Virus record (IMG/VR): IMGVR_UViG_3300036786_000032
Span: 1-47,249 of that record
Reading direction: 5' to 3' (one strand)
DNA length: 47,249 bases
Source of the DNA: a virus
Taxonomy: Duplodnaviria; Caudoviricetes
How positions within the stretch are numbered: position 1 is the first letter of the stretch; every line of letters begins with the position of its first letter. The translations under genes and the position numbers were made by a program. Under the pieces are notes generated by a model. It did no database searches. It saw nothing but the letters and a program-made list of their open reading frames with translations, and was not told the origin of the DNA. Below, piece by piece: positions 8,532-18,406 of the stretch.

Positions 8532-11500
8532 CGGCTACCGCGGTGAATGGCTTCCCGAGCACTGGGTTCATGCCATCCTTCCTCATCCAGGCGTAGTAGG
8601 TCGCGCCTGCAGTGAGCAGGAATAGGACTGACCCGAGAGAGTCCGTCGTTATAGTCCCCGCCACGACGTCTCGTCCCCCAGGGTCTGTGGTAACCCACAC
8701 GGATGCCCCGACGATCGGGACGGAGTCGGTCGGAGGGTCTGAATAAAACTTCAGCGTGACCCTGCTCGCGCCAGGGCCGGCGACGTCAGACGTCGCGGTG
8801 CCGATCACGTACCCTGCGGTCCCGGGCGCGTATCCCCCGGGCACGGGGTTGGTCAGCGGATCGGCGGAGCCACCGGCGGCGTTGATCTTCTGGCCGATCG
8901 AGCCGACGTCGTCGTGGGAGAACGCCAGGGCGTCGAGCACCAGCGTCGCGGGATCCTGCCCATTGGCATAGCCGGTGACCGTGCCGCCCCCGCCGCTCGA
9001 TCCTGTAGGCGCGTTGGCCAGTGCGGCGGCAGTGAAGGCGTACGGGCCAGTCCCTTGCAGGGTCATGGCTAGCTTAGCGGCCGTCGGGCTGTCGTCGGGG
9101 GCGTCGGTCAGCGTGGTGACAGTGGGGATCGTGACGCCAGTCTGGGCATCGGCGCTGAGCAGGGCCTTGCTGTCGCTACCCAGCACCCACGCCTTGAGCT
9201 TGGCACCGTAACTGCCGACGGCGCGGGTGGCGCTGGTCAGCACGTCCCAGAAGACGCTGGCCAGCGTGGTGCGCTCCCCGCTCGTCAGCGCCATCGCGTC
9301 GCCGGCCTGCGCGGCGGTCTTGGCGGCGTCGTAGGCGCTTGCGAGAGTAACGGGGGCGGTGACGCTACCCACGGTGCCCGTCACGCTCGCCACCGCCCCA
9401 CCGGCGTAGGTCGAGGTGCCCACGGAAGCCGGGAAGGTGACGCCCGAGGCGGCGGTGACGGTCTGACCGGCGAGCTTGGCCACGTTGGCGGTGACGAGGC
9501 CGGTACCGTTGTCGGTGAGGATTGGTCCGGCGTAGCCGCTCACCTGCGTTTGGGTGAGGGTGCTGAGGGTGTGAGAGTCGAGGGTAGTCAGGCCAGCCAG
9601 CACGACCCCGCCACTCCCTTCGGCAATCGCACCAATCTGGCTTATCGCCGTAGCCAGGTCGGGGGCCGGGGCGCCCGAATAGTTTGCGACGTTCACGTCT
9701 CCGCCAGTGGCGAACGTGGACCGACTACTCACGTCGGCGTCTAGGTGGGCGATCCGCGCGTCCCCCAGCGCCGTCAAGCCCGCCCCTGCCGCCCCAAGCC
9801 GCGCGTAGGCATCGCCGGTCTGCGGCTGGACGGTGCCCGGGACGCGGCTCAGGAGCGTAGTCAGGTCGGCCACGGCCCCAGCGGCGACCTGTCCGGCCTG
9901 GTTGACCGGCGTGTTCTGGACGGCCACCATGCCGCCGCTCGTCAAGAGCACCCGCGCCGGGTCGTAGTCCACATCGAACACGTACAGGGCGGTCGTGTTC
10001 GACGCGAGGTGGTACGCGGTGCCGCTCCCGGCAGTGGCGGCGTGGAGCTTCGTTCCGATCAGGTGTAGGCCGCCCGTCGAGTCGTCGTTGAAGGCCGCGT
10101 AGGTATTGCCCGAGCTGCCGGAGACCGACTGCATCCGAATGCTGCCCCGGATCACGCGGACGGTGCCGGTGCCGGAGTGCCGGATGCCGCGGGTGACGTA
10201 GGTCTGGCTCGAAAGACCGACGGAGACGAGGGTGCAGTCGTAGAAGTCGGCCGTGACGCTGTTGCTTCCGGCGTCGATATTGACCGCGTCATCTTGGGAG
10301 ACGAACAGGCAATCGTAGGCATTGAACGAGCAGGCCCCGGTTGGGTGCATGTAGAGCCCGTCCGAGAAGCAGACGGTCTTGACCCGACGCAGGACCGCAC
10401 CGTTGAACGCGGTGAAGTTGCAGCCGATCGGGAAGCAGGTGTGCGTGCTGTCCGCCGTGGACAGTATCGTCAGGTCCTGGACGAGCAGCCCGTCCACGAG
10501 CTGGATCAGCGGCGTGCCATCCACGGCGGAGGAGATCGTGGTGGTGTCGATGCCCTGGCCGACGATGGCCGAGTGGGCGGCGGGGGCGATACCGGCCGTG
10601 ATGGCGAAGACACCGGCCCCCAGCCTGATCATGTCGCCCGCCGCCATCACGGACGCGGCCTCGGTCAGCGTCGCGTAGGCCGTGGCCCAGGAGAGTCCGT
10701 CGCCGGTCGAGTCGTTGCCGGCGGTGGAGACGTGCCAGACGGTACCGGAGACGCCGTAGGCTTCGCGGGCAGTCTCCTGGGCGGTGCTGCGGCTGGATAC
10801 CGTCGCGTCGAGGTTGGCAACGTTCGCCGCCAGCGCAGTGGACGCGTCGGAATCGCCGGCGATCGCGTCCGCGCTTACGGCGGGCAGGTCGGCGTCCAGC
10901 GTGACGGCGCCCCCCGCCCACTTGAGGACGTTGGCCGCCACGTTACCGGCCCCGTCGGTAGTAACTTGGCCGGGACCGGCGCCGCGGGTCAGCAGGCCGC
11001 CGACCGTCGCGGGGGCGTTGCCGGACAGGAACAGGCCCTTGCCGACCGACCCGGCGGCGGTGAAGTCGCCTGCGGTCGCGTCCTGCCAAACAGCCGTCGC
11101 GGTCTGCGCGGCCGTCGGGGGCGCGACTGTGAGACTGTACCCGGTCTTGTCGGCGTTGGCCGTCAGCGTCCCCACCGTCGTCCCGCTCAGCGCCACCGTC
11201 GTCGTCGGGGCGTTGACGTGGCCCCAGTCGATCCCGACGTAGCCGGCGGCGCCTTGGCTGGCGGTGCCGAGCACCTTGCCCAGGTCTACCCGGGCGTTGG
11301 CGTCGCCGAGGGGGAGGCCGCCGCTCGCCCCGGCGGTAACGTTGGGCAGGGCGGTGAGTCCCGCCCGCACGCCGTCCTGGTAGTCCACCGCGTCCAGCTC
11401 GATCTCGATGAGCACGGGCACCATGTTGGTGGCACCGTACAGCTCCATGTGGACGGTCTTCGCGCCCGAGGCAATCGCGGCGGCGGGCAGGCCAATCTCG

Positions 11501-11745
11501 TAGGCCCCGGGCATCTTCGACGTGGACGAGACGGCGACGAACCCGCCGTTCGCGTACATCCCCGCGGTCGCGGTGACGAGGGTGACGGCCGTCGCGTCCG
11601 CGTCCCCCTCGCGCGACCACTCCCACTTGAGGCCGGACGAATTGTAAAGCAGTCCAGTCAGTCCACCGCTCGTCGTGGAGGTAGAGTCCTGGACGAAGAT
11701 CCGGGCGATTCGGTTGGTGCTGCTGGCCTTGATTTTGAGCTTCAT
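8524..11745 (-). CDS. Large Ala/Gly/Thr-rich virion (fibre-like) protein with pectin-lyase-like beta-helix
   Basis: Start reassigned to ATG 11745 (ATGA overlap with the upstream stop). Contains WHVSTAGNDSTGDGLSWATAYATL..GDMIRLGAG, a classic beta-helix cap motif, and an internal repeat LDA(T/D)VSSRST. Confidence 0.65.
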   Translation of the reverse strand: MKLKIKASSTNRIARIFVQDSTSTTSGGLTGLLYNSSGLKWEWSREGDADATAVTLVTATAGMYANGGFVAVSSTSKMPGAYEIGLPAAAIASGAKTVHMELYGATNMVPVLIEIELDAVDYQDGVRAGLTALPNVTAGASGGLPLGDANARVDLGKVLGTASQGAAGYVGIDWGHVNAPTTTVALSGTTVGTLTANADKTGYSLTVAPPTAAQTATAVWQDATAGDFTAAGSVGKGLFLSGNAPATVGGLLTRGAGPGQVTTDGAGNVAANVLKWAGGAVTLDADLPAVSADAIAGDSDASTALAANVANLDATVSSRSTAQETAREAYGVSGTVWHVSTAGNDSTGDGLSWATAYATLTEAASVMAAGDMIRLGAGVFAITAGIAPAAHSAIVGQGIDTTTISSAVDGTPLIQLVDGLLVQDLTILSTADSTHTCFPIGCNFTAFNGAVLRRVKTVCFSDGLYMHPTGACSFNAYDCLFVSQDDAVNIDAGSNSVTADFYDCTLVSVGLSSQTYVTRGIRHSGTGTVRVIRGSIRMQSVSGSSGNTYAAFNDDSTGGLHLIGTKLHAATAGSGTAYHLASNTTALYVFDVDYDPARVLLTSGGMVAVQNTPVNQAGQVAAGAVADLTTLLSRVPGTVQPQTGDAYARLGAAGAGLTALGDARIAHLDADVSSRSTFATGGDVNVANYSGAPAPDLATAISQIGAIAEGSGGVVLAGLTTLDSHTLSTLTQTQVSGYAGPILTDNGTGLVTANVAKLAGQTVTAASGVTFPASVGTSTYAGGAVASVTGTVGSVTAPVTLASAYDAAKTAAQAGDAMALTSGERTTLASVFWDVLTSATRAVGSYGAKLKAWVLGSDSKALLSADAQTGVTIPTVTTLTDAPDDSPTAAKLAMTLQGTGPYAFTAAALANAPTGSSGGGGTVTGYANGQDPATLVLDALAFSHDDVGSIGQKINAAGGSADPLTNPVPGGYAPGTAGYVIGTATSDVAGPGASRVTLKFYSDPPTDSVPIVGASVWVTTDPGGRDVVAGTITTDSLGSVLFLLTAGATYYAWMRKDGMNPVLGKPFTAVADA

Positions 11746-13061
11746 CCGCCGAACCCCCCTTGCATTCCGACGCGAATCAGGCCGCCGCCGGAGCCGCTGT
11801 CCTGGTGCTGGGCCGCCCCGACGTCCTGGTAGCCGGTCGTCGTTCCGGCGGGGAACGCCCCGATAACTCCCGCCGCCCGACAAGCCGCCCCGCCGCCGGC
11901 GGTGCTGTTGAGGGCGAAGTTGGCCGACGCGGAGGCGACGAACGGGTCGGTGGTCAAAGTAATCAGCCCCGAACTCCCAAAATCATTGGTGCCATTGAAC
12001 CCGTTGGTCGCCCCGCTGGTGTTGTTGTAAGCGGCACAGTTCAAGAGCAGCCCGCCGTCAATCACGGTGGTAAAGCCGAATGCGGTGTTCCCGACGGAGA
12101 CGCAATTAATGCACTCGCTATGGACCGCCGTGCCCGTGAGATTAAAGCCCGACCGCCCGTTCCCGAAGGCGGTGCAATTCTGAAAATTGATGCTATTCCC
12201 ATTGTTACTGAACCCGTCCGTGTTCGCCCCGGTGTTGTTGTAGCTGAGACAGTCCGAACAAGTGCCCCCGAAGAATGGCGTTGACGTGTTACCGTGGGCC
12301 TCGCACCCGAAACAGGTCGAGTTAAGGAACGCATTGCCGGAGGAACAGCCCGTCGCCTCGCAATAGATTGCCAGTCCGATCGTGGCGAAACCCCTGTTGG
12401 TGCAGTTGCTGGCCTTGCATCGATACACACGGGCCACGACCGAAAACCCCGCAGAGGTGGTCTTTGACGCACCGTCCACGGCGACATTTTCCGCCACGGT
12501 GGCGTTGGCCCCCAGCACAATCGTAAACGCACTGATCGAGCCAGCCTGGAGCAGTGGCTTCGTCCCGTTGTCCCCGCGTGTCATGCCGTAGCCAGCTAAT
12601 CGGGTGGCGCCGGCTGCTGTGCCGACCGTCAGACTCACGCACCCACCTGCCACGTTGGCTGTCGCACTGGTGATTGAGTAAGTGCCACTCTTGATCCAAA
12701 TCGTGTTGCCGCTGACGTGGACAGAACCGGCCTTGCCCGGCGAGGCAAGTGCCCCACCGACGTAGACCGTGGCCGCCGTCCACGACGGGGCCGAATCGAC
12801 CGTGACGACGAGCGAACTCGTGAAGGCAGTGATCTCTTTAAACGTCGTCCCATCCGTGATGTAGTTGCCGACCATCGCGGACGTGAAAATCCCGGTGGTC
12901 GCCGTGACGGTCGTGGAAGACGAGGTGACAGTCCCGGTCGCCTGCGCGGCGTCCTGCTGGCTGTAGTCGGTGCCCCCCCTGGCCGGGTTGAAACCGCCGG
13001 CACACTGGGTGTCGCTGCCGGTGGTTCGGACCTCAATGACAGCGGTTGCGGCGAATGCCAT
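11742..13061 (-). CDS. Right-handed parallel beta-helix protein
   Basis: GNTIWIKSGTY motif followed by repeated NC.A..N...GF units (beta-helix rungs). Confidence 0.7.
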   Translation of the reverse strand: MAFAATAVIEVRTTGSDTQCAGGFNPARGGTDYSQQDAAQATGTVTSSSTTVTATTGIFTSAMVGNYITDGTTFKEITAFTSSLVVTVDSAPSWTAATVYVGGALASPGKAGSVHVSGNTIWIKSGTYSITSATANVAGGCVSLTVGTAAGATRLAGYGMTRGDNGTKPLLQAGSISAFTIVLGANATVAENVAVDGASKTTSAGFSVVARVYRCKASNCTNRGFATIGLAIYCEATGCSSGNAFLNSTCFGCEAHGNTSTPFFGGTCSDCLSYNNTGANTDGFSNNGNSINFQNCTAFGNGRSGFNLTGTAVHSECINCVSVGNTAFGFTTVIDGGLLLNCAAYNNTSGATNGFNGTNDFGSSGLITLTTDPFVASASANFALNSTAGGGAACRAAGVIGAFPAGTTTGYQDVGAAQHQDSGSGGGLIRVGMQGGFGG

Positions 13062-13064
13062 GGC

Positions 13065-13634
13065 TTACCCTCCCGCCTGCGGGTTGCCCAGCCGCGCCAG
13101 CACGTCGGCCGGCGAGGGCGGGGCTGCGTTGGCCGCCTGCTGCGCGTCGAGCCAGGTGACGGCGGAGTTGTAGCTGTCGGCAGCGGCCTGCCGGGCCGCC
13201 TGGTAGCCGGCGCGGTTGGCGATCGTCGCGCGAGCGGCCGTCACGTCTGCTTCGGTGACGTCGGGGGCGCCGGCGGGGTAACTGACTGTATTCAACGCAA
13301 CGTCGGCGTCGGGTTGGCTACACAGCTGCGCGGAAACGAACATGGCCGCCGCCCGCCGCGCCGCAGGGTCGGACACGTCGAATCCCGGGCCGGACAGCAC
13401 GCGCAGGGCCGCGAATGCGTCGTCGCTGGTTTGCGAAGCGGCGTCGAGCTTGCGGAGGAAAGCCCCCGTCTTGGTCGGCCCCCAGACCGCGTCAGCGCTG
13501 AGCGTCGTGACCGTGATTCGCTCGCGCCGCGGAGTGAGGACGGGCGCGTTGAGCGCGGCCGCGGCGTCCGCGTCCGAGAGGGCGGACAGCGACGGGTCGG
13601 AGAGGGCGGAGATGAGTTGGTTCGGGTCGGGCAT
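13065..13634 (-). CDS. Hypothetical protein
   Basis: 189 aa Ala-rich ORF packed in the operon with short gaps. Confidence 0.65.
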   Translation of the reverse strand: MPDPNQLISALSDPSLSALSDADAAAALNAPVLTPRRERITVTTLSADAVWGPTKTGAFLRKLDAASQTSDDAFAALRVLSGPGFDVSDPAARRAAAMFVSAQLCSQPDADVALNTVSYPAGAPDVTEADVTAARATIANRAGYQAARQAAADSYNSAVTWLDAQQAANAAPPSPADVLARLGNPQAGG

Positions 13635-13641
13635 GGTCGGT

Positions 13642-13953
13642 TCAGCGGCAATCGGCCCGGGGGCGGGCGGCGTTGTCGCGGGAGTCAGCGTCGGGGTTCA
13701 CGGTCAGGGGGTCGGGGGCGCGGCGTACTGCCTCGCCCCACACGGAATCATTGTCAGACCCTGAGTTGGCGACCCGCAGGCTGAGCGGGGCCAGCATCTC
13801 GGTCCAGAATCGCAGCCGGTCGGACGCCACGTCATGCGGCTCGATGTCATCGTCGGCGGAGAACCGATCGACGAACAGAACGGCACCGCGGTCGGTGGAC
13901 ACGTCGTCCATGCCGGCACGGCGGCAGAGGTCGGCGATTGCTTCGGGGGTCAT
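13642..13953 (-). CDS. Hypothetical protein
   Basis: 103 aa ORF fitting between its neighbours, ATG start. Confidence 0.55.
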   Translation of the reverse strand: MTPEAIADLCRRAGMDDVSTDRGAVLFVDRFSADDDIEPHDVASDRLRFWTEMLAPLSLRVANSGSDNDSVWGEAVRRAPDPLTVNPDADSRDNAARPRADCR

Positions 13954-14015
13954 AGGGCATCATCTGCGCAAACAATCGTTATTATACACGCATAAGCCCC
14001 TCGGTGTCCACCGCC

Positions 14016-14666
14016 TCACTCCGTCACCTCGAGCGTGAACGCCTCGGTCGGTGCGTCGACGCCCCCCGGCAGGTGGGCGACCACGCGGCAGGAATACAGC
14101 CCGACCGGCAGGGACGCCTGCTGGGCGGTCATCGGGAACGACGCGGCCCCAGTCAGGGCCGCGTACGCGCCGTCGACCGACAATCCCACGTCGTCGCGCT
14201 GGATGGTAAGCGTGCAATCTGTACCGTCGGGCGCGTCGTAAGGCCGGCCGGCGTCATCCGTCAGCACGGCGACCACGGTCACCGGGTACCCAGCCACGAT
14301 CGACGGTCGCCTGACGGGCTGTCGGTCGGCCAGCAGCTGCGGCCTGGTAAGCGGAGCGTCCTGCCACGACCCACCCACCATGTAGGCATATGCGCCGCGG
14401 GAAAGCGTGACGGTCATGCTGGCGTCGAACGAGGCGTCGTCTTGAGACGCCACCTGACGCACCTCCACCTCGTAGGGCACGGCAGGGTCGTCGGCCGGCT
14501 GAGGAGAGAGGGTCAGCGTGCCGCCGAACGTACCGACTGGAGACTCGACCAGGGCGAGGTCTGCTACAGCCGCACCAGTACCCGCACCAGTCCCTGGCGC
14601 GTAGAGACGCGCTCGCTGGAGTGAGCCGACCGGGCCGGGAATACTGGCGAGGGCGAAGTCAGTCAC
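14016..14666 (-). CDS. Hypothetical beta-rich virion protein
   Basis: 216 aa, starts 1 nt after the upstream stop. The C-terminal half looks like an Ig/BppU-type sandwich (weak). Confidence 0.6.
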   Translation of the reverse strand: MTDFALASIPGPVGSLQRARLYAPGTGAGTGAAVADLALVESPVGTFGGTLTLSPQPADDPAVPYEVEVRQVASQDDASFDASMTVTLSRGAYAYMVGGSWQDAPLTRPQLLADRQPVRRPSIVAGYPVTVVAVLTDDAGRPYDAPDGTDCTLTIQRDDVGLSVDGAYAALTGAASFPMTAQQASLPVGLYSCRVVAHLPGGVDAPTEAFTLEVTE

Positions 14667-14667
14667 G

Positions 14668-16047
14668 CTAGTACACCCTCACGTCGCCGACGTAGCAGTC
14701 CGCCGCCGGGAAAGCCATGAACCCGGGGTAGAGGGCGCTGGCCGAACTGCTGCTCGTGCCCGGCGTCACGTTCGTCCAAACGCTGCCGCCGAGCGGGGCG
14801 TATTCGGTTCCGCCCTGAACCTCGTAGGTTGCGCCGTCGCCGGACAGGGGCGTGATCCGCACTCGATAGTTGCAATGCTCCTGGCAGCCGGTGCCGACAG
14901 ACCCGCGGTTGTTGCCGTCCTCAAAAACCAACAGGCCGGTCCCCGGCGCGAAGAACAGGGCGTGCGCGAAGTTGTTCACGCCGATTCCGGCCGTCCCGAT
15001 CCAACCCACGAAGGCCCCGGCGGCGCCAACGCCTTCCCCCACGGGCAGATAAATGTCTGCTACCATGCGGCCGGCGGAGGCGCGGGCGCGGCCGTTGGTG
15101 ACGTAGGCGCCGTTGCTCCAGCCGGTCGCGTCTCCGCGACACTTGCACCACGAGAAGTCGGTGTTGATTTCGACGTTGCCGCCCGTCGTCTGGGCGCGGG
15201 TCCAGACCGCGGTGTCGAGCGAAGCCCCCGTGAAGTCATCGCGGAACAGGTACGGGGCCAGCGGGTCGGCCAGCGTGCTCCACGTGGAGGGCAGTTGGTT
15301 GTAGGCGATGGCGCCGTTTGGGCCGCCCACGCCGCCCGAGTCCAGTGCCCACGCTTCGTTGATCTGGGCCTTAGTGAAGGGCACCGCCAGGTCCGTGTTG
15401 GCGAAGCGGATGTAATCGGCCGACCCTATGTCGCCCCGCTCGTTTTGAAAGTTGATGCCGTAGTTCAGCTGCGAGATACCGATGATGCCGAGGTAGTTGA
15501 AGCAGTTGATACTCCGCAGCATCATTCCGTAGGGGCCGGGAAGCCATGGCTTGCGGAAGTAGGCGTTGGCGTCGCCGGTGGCGCCGTTGCCGATGCCGTC
15601 GAAATTGATGACCTTCGTCGGCAGCGTGTTGAGGGCGGCGATCCGGGAATAGTACAGGCTCACCGGGTCGGCGTAGGCGACGAGCGAGGGGTCAATGATC
15701 CCGGCGTAGGCGCCGGACCCGAGGCCAGCGAGAGTGACGCCGCGGATGGCGGCGGGGTGGTCGGGGTTGCGGATCTCCCACCGGCCGGCACCGTTAAGAC
15801 TGGTGTTCCACGCCCACGGGACGAAAACGGTTTTGTCGGCGGGGATGGCGTAGCTGAAGGCGTCGCGCAGGCCGGCGGGCTGGACGTAGCAGTCGGGGTC
15901 CAGCAGGGCGCACAGGGCCGTGTGCCGGGCTATCGCCTGCGCGGAGTAGACACGAGCGGACGCCACGACGCTGCCGTCCCCGACGGCATCCAGGCTGCCC
16001 GCGCGTGGCACATACTGTTGGAGAGCCAGGCTGAATCGGGTCGTCAT
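14668..16047 (-). CDS. Hypothetical protein with C-terminal lectin/glucanase-like beta-sandwich
   Basis: 459 aa. LFRDDFTGASLDTAVW motif typically opens concanavalin-A-like domains. Confidence 0.55.
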   Translation of the reverse strand: MTTRFSLALQQYVPRAGSLDAVGDGSVVASARVYSAQAIARHTALCALLDPDCYVQPAGLRDAFSYAIPADKTVFVPWAWNTSLNGAGRWEIRNPDHPAAIRGVTLAGLGSGAYAGIIDPSLVAYADPVSLYYSRIAALNTLPTKVINFDGIGNGATGDANAYFRKPWLPGPYGMMLRSINCFNYLGIIGISQLNYGINFQNERGDIGSADYIRFANTDLAVPFTKAQINEAWALDSGGVGGPNGAIAYNQLPSTWSTLADPLAPYLFRDDFTGASLDTAVWTRAQTTGGNVEINTDFSWCKCRGDATGWSNGAYVTNGRARASAGRMVADIYLPVGEGVGAAGAFVGWIGTAGIGVNNFAHALFFAPGTGLLVFEDGNNRGSVGTGCQEHCNYRVRITPLSGDGATYEVQGGTEYAPLGGSVWTNVTPGTSSSSASALYPGFMAFPAADCYVGDVRVY

Positions 16048-16069
16048 GAGGCAGTCCGGTCGATCTACT

Positions 16070-16222
16070 CTACGGTCGTCCCGGAAGTACCCGCAGGGTG
16101 ATCGCCGCCCGGTCCAGGACCCTCAGCGTGACCGCGACGATGGACGGCGCGGGCGGCGGCTGGGGTCTCAGGACCGGGCGCGGGTCGCCCCGACGGGCGT
16201 AGAAGTCGGTCTCGAAGGACAC
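16070..16222 (-). CDS. Small hypothetical protein (50 aa)
   Basis: Manual translation: GTG-SFETDFYARRGDPRPVLRP..VLPGRP*. Fills the gap; below the ORF-track size cutoff. Confidence 0.4.
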   Translation of the reverse strand: MSFETDFYARRGDPRPVLRPQPPPAPSIVAVTLRVLDRAAITLRVLPGRP

Positions 16223-16247
16223 TTCGTGATCGTCCTAGGTTATCAGG

Positions 16248-16784
16248 CTAGACGGCGCCCACCGGCAGGAACGCGTTCAGGAAGTAGTCCGTCTGCCCGG
16301 CGCTCGCCACGTCCTGGCCGTACTGGTTGAGCGCGGCCGGGTACTGCACCTTGGCAGCGTGGTTCTTGAGGTTGTTGATGACGAACGTGGCCGCTACGGT
16401 CACGCCCGCCGAGCCGCCGGTGACCGTGATGACATTGAGCCGCAGGTCGCGATACTTTACGCGGCCCACCGGGATGCTCCCGAGGACTGACACGCCGGCT
16501 GCCGCGCCGCCCGTGATGAAGTCGGCCCCAGTGAACGCGAGGTCGGTCGCCCCGTCGTTCTGCTTCACGGGTGCCCAGCTCGTGCCATTGTCGTTCGAAC
16601 CCTCGAGCCGGCAGGCAAACGCGGTCACCCCTGCCCCCGGCACGACGTTGAACAGGAACCCGATGTTCCGCCCGTACTGGGCTGGGAACACGATCCTGGC
16701 TCCGGCTGCGCTGGCGCCGACTGCCACTGCCTGCGGCGCGATCGCGGTGCCGAAGATGATGTCTGAGGAGATGTTGTGTTGCAT
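16248..16784 (-). CDS. Putative capsid decoration/cement protein
   Basis: Immediately after the major capsid gene. Beta-rich, AIAPQA..RLEGSNDNGTSW motif common in post-capsid decoration proteins. Confidence 0.55.
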   Translation of the reverse strand: MQHNISSDIIFGTAIAPQAVAVGASAAGARIVFPAQYGRNIGFLFNVVPGAGVTAFACRLEGSNDNGTSWAPVKQNDGATDLAFTGADFITGGAAAGVSVLGSIPVGRVKYRDLRLNVITVTGGSAGVTVAATFVINNLKNHAAKVQYPAALNQYGQDVASAGQTDYFLNAFLPVGAV

Positions 16785-16879
16785 GGCGATGTCCTGGCGT
16801 GGGCGTGCGAGCCCGCGGGCATTACCCGGGTAGTCGCTTCCCGACGTCGGTCGCAGGCTGTGGCAGCCTTATGACTGTC

Positions 16880-16916
16880 AAAGGGCCGCGCGGGTTTTCG
16901 GCAGCCGCGCGGTCCC
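16880..16916 (-). terminator. Possible intrinsic terminator or RNA hairpin after the capsid gene
   Basis: Minus strand reads GGGACCGCGCGG-ctgccgaaaac-CCGCGCGGCCC-TTT, about 20 nt after the capsid stop. The U-tract is short. Confidence 0.4.
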
Positions 16917-16937
16917 GAGGGAAGGGAGGATGTACGC

Positions 16938-18350
16938 TTAGGCCGCGACGTTCCGCATCTTCGCGTCAGTGCACACGACGACGGCCTCGGGCACGCGGTA
17001 CCCGACGTCGCCGTACATACGCATCTTGATGAATGTCTCGTCGGTCGGGAAGCCCTTGCCAGTCCCGCCGTCCTCTGCCATCTCGACGCCGCCCCAGCGA
17101 CCGAACACCACCTCGCTCCAGTTTGCGCCGGCCACGTCGCCGAAGCGGGTGTCTGACGGCGTGGTCGCGGTCAGGCCGGCCGTGAAGCCGGGCGGGTTCT
17201 TCGTGGGCATAAAGGTCGACGCGCCGAAGTCTCCGATCACGGCCTTGAGGTCCACGTCGTTGAGCATCGGGCGGCCCAGCAGGTACCCGGTGCCGGTCGT
17301 CTGACCGCTGTAGTAGGTCGTCGGCGTCTGGCGGAGCCGCCGGAAGTAGCGGGGGTGCGCGATCCATGCCCAGGAAGGGTTGATCGGGATGTTGAGGTCC
17401 TCGACCACCCCCCGCATGTTGTCCAGGTCATTGAACCCGAGCTCGGCGCCGTTCGACGTACCGGCCGGAGGCGTCGTGCTACCGGTCTCAGCGTAGTAGC
17501 GCGACGAGCCATCGGCGTTCACCGCACCGAGCGGCATGTTCGTCGTCCCGCTCCCGTAGATGATCGTGTAGTCGATCAGCGCGGCAGCCGCCCGCGTCAT
17601 GTCGTTGCGCATCATGGTCTCGAACCCATTGCTCGAGAACCGGCGCATCTCGTCGGTGATGCGCGTCAGCACCCCGAGCTTCTTCGGCGTCATCGTGACG
17701 TTGCCAACCCCGACCTGTGACTCTACGTAACGGTCCTGCTCCCCGATCCAGTAGGCGAGCATCCCGCCCAGGAACTTCGGGATGGTGACCGGGATGCCCG
17801 TCAGACCGTTGAGCACCGAGACGCGGCTCGTCCCCGTGCCGTCTAGGCTGAGGAGCTGACTGAGTGCGTAGATCGCCCCGATGACCTCGGGGATCACCTG
17901 GTCGGGCACGAAGTAGCCCCCCTGCGAGTCTACGCCCACGATGTGTCCGGGGCCCTTGAGGATCGCCTTGCGTGACTCCTCGAACACCTCGTGCTCGTAA
18001 CCAGCGTCCGTCCAGCTCTTGGTCACGATCGCGCGGGCAGCCCGCTGCAGTGAGAACTGCTCGCCGGACTCGCCAAGGCCTGGGACATAGATGCCCGACT
18101 TCTGGAGACGGATCTGGGACGCGAACGACTCTTGTTTCGACTTCAGCTCGTCGACCGACCGCCAGAGCTTCTTCAGGTCGATCCCTTCAAGCTCTGGGAC
18201 GTGCTTGACGACCCGCTCCATGCGGTCCTTGAAGTCCCGGTAATCCTGGACCTGGCTCTCGACGCCGGTAAGGCGGCGTACGATCCCGACGGCGGCGTTG
18301 CGCTCCGCGTCGAGCCTCTGCTGCGCTTGCTGCGCTGGGGTCAGCGGCAT
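16938..18350 (-). CDS. Major capsid protein, HK97 fold with N-terminal delta domain
   Basis: Coiled-coil N-terminus, then GGYFVPDQV, WIGE, VTMTPKKLG..ITDEM, IIYGSGT..PLG and WIAHPR motifs. Confidence 0.95.
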   Translation of the reverse strand: MPLTPAQQAQQRLDAERNAAVGIVRRLTGVESQVQDYRDFKDRMERVVKHVPELEGIDLKKLWRSVDELKSKQESFASQIRLQKSGIYVPGLGESGEQFSLQRAARAIVTKSWTDAGYEHEVFEESRKAILKGPGHIVGVDSQGGYFVPDQVIPEVIGAIYALSQLLSLDGTGTSRVSVLNGLTGIPVTIPKFLGGMLAYWIGEQDRYVESQVGVGNVTMTPKKLGVLTRITDEMRRFSSNGFETMMRNDMTRAAAALIDYTIIYGSGTTNMPLGAVNADGSSRYYAETGSTTPPAGTSNGAELGFNDLDNMRGVVEDLNIPINPSWAWIAHPRYFRRLRQTPTTYYSGQTTGTGYLLGRPMLNDVDLKAVIGDFGASTFMPTKNPPGFTAGLTATTPSDTRFGDVAGANWSEVVFGRWGGVEMAEDGGTGKGFPTDETFIKMRMYGDVGYRVPEAVVVCTDAKMRNVAA

Positions 18351-18406
18351 TTGTAAGCTCCTGTGGCGCCACGGGGCGCGGTGCGTGGAGCGCAGGCCGT
18401 TGGGCC

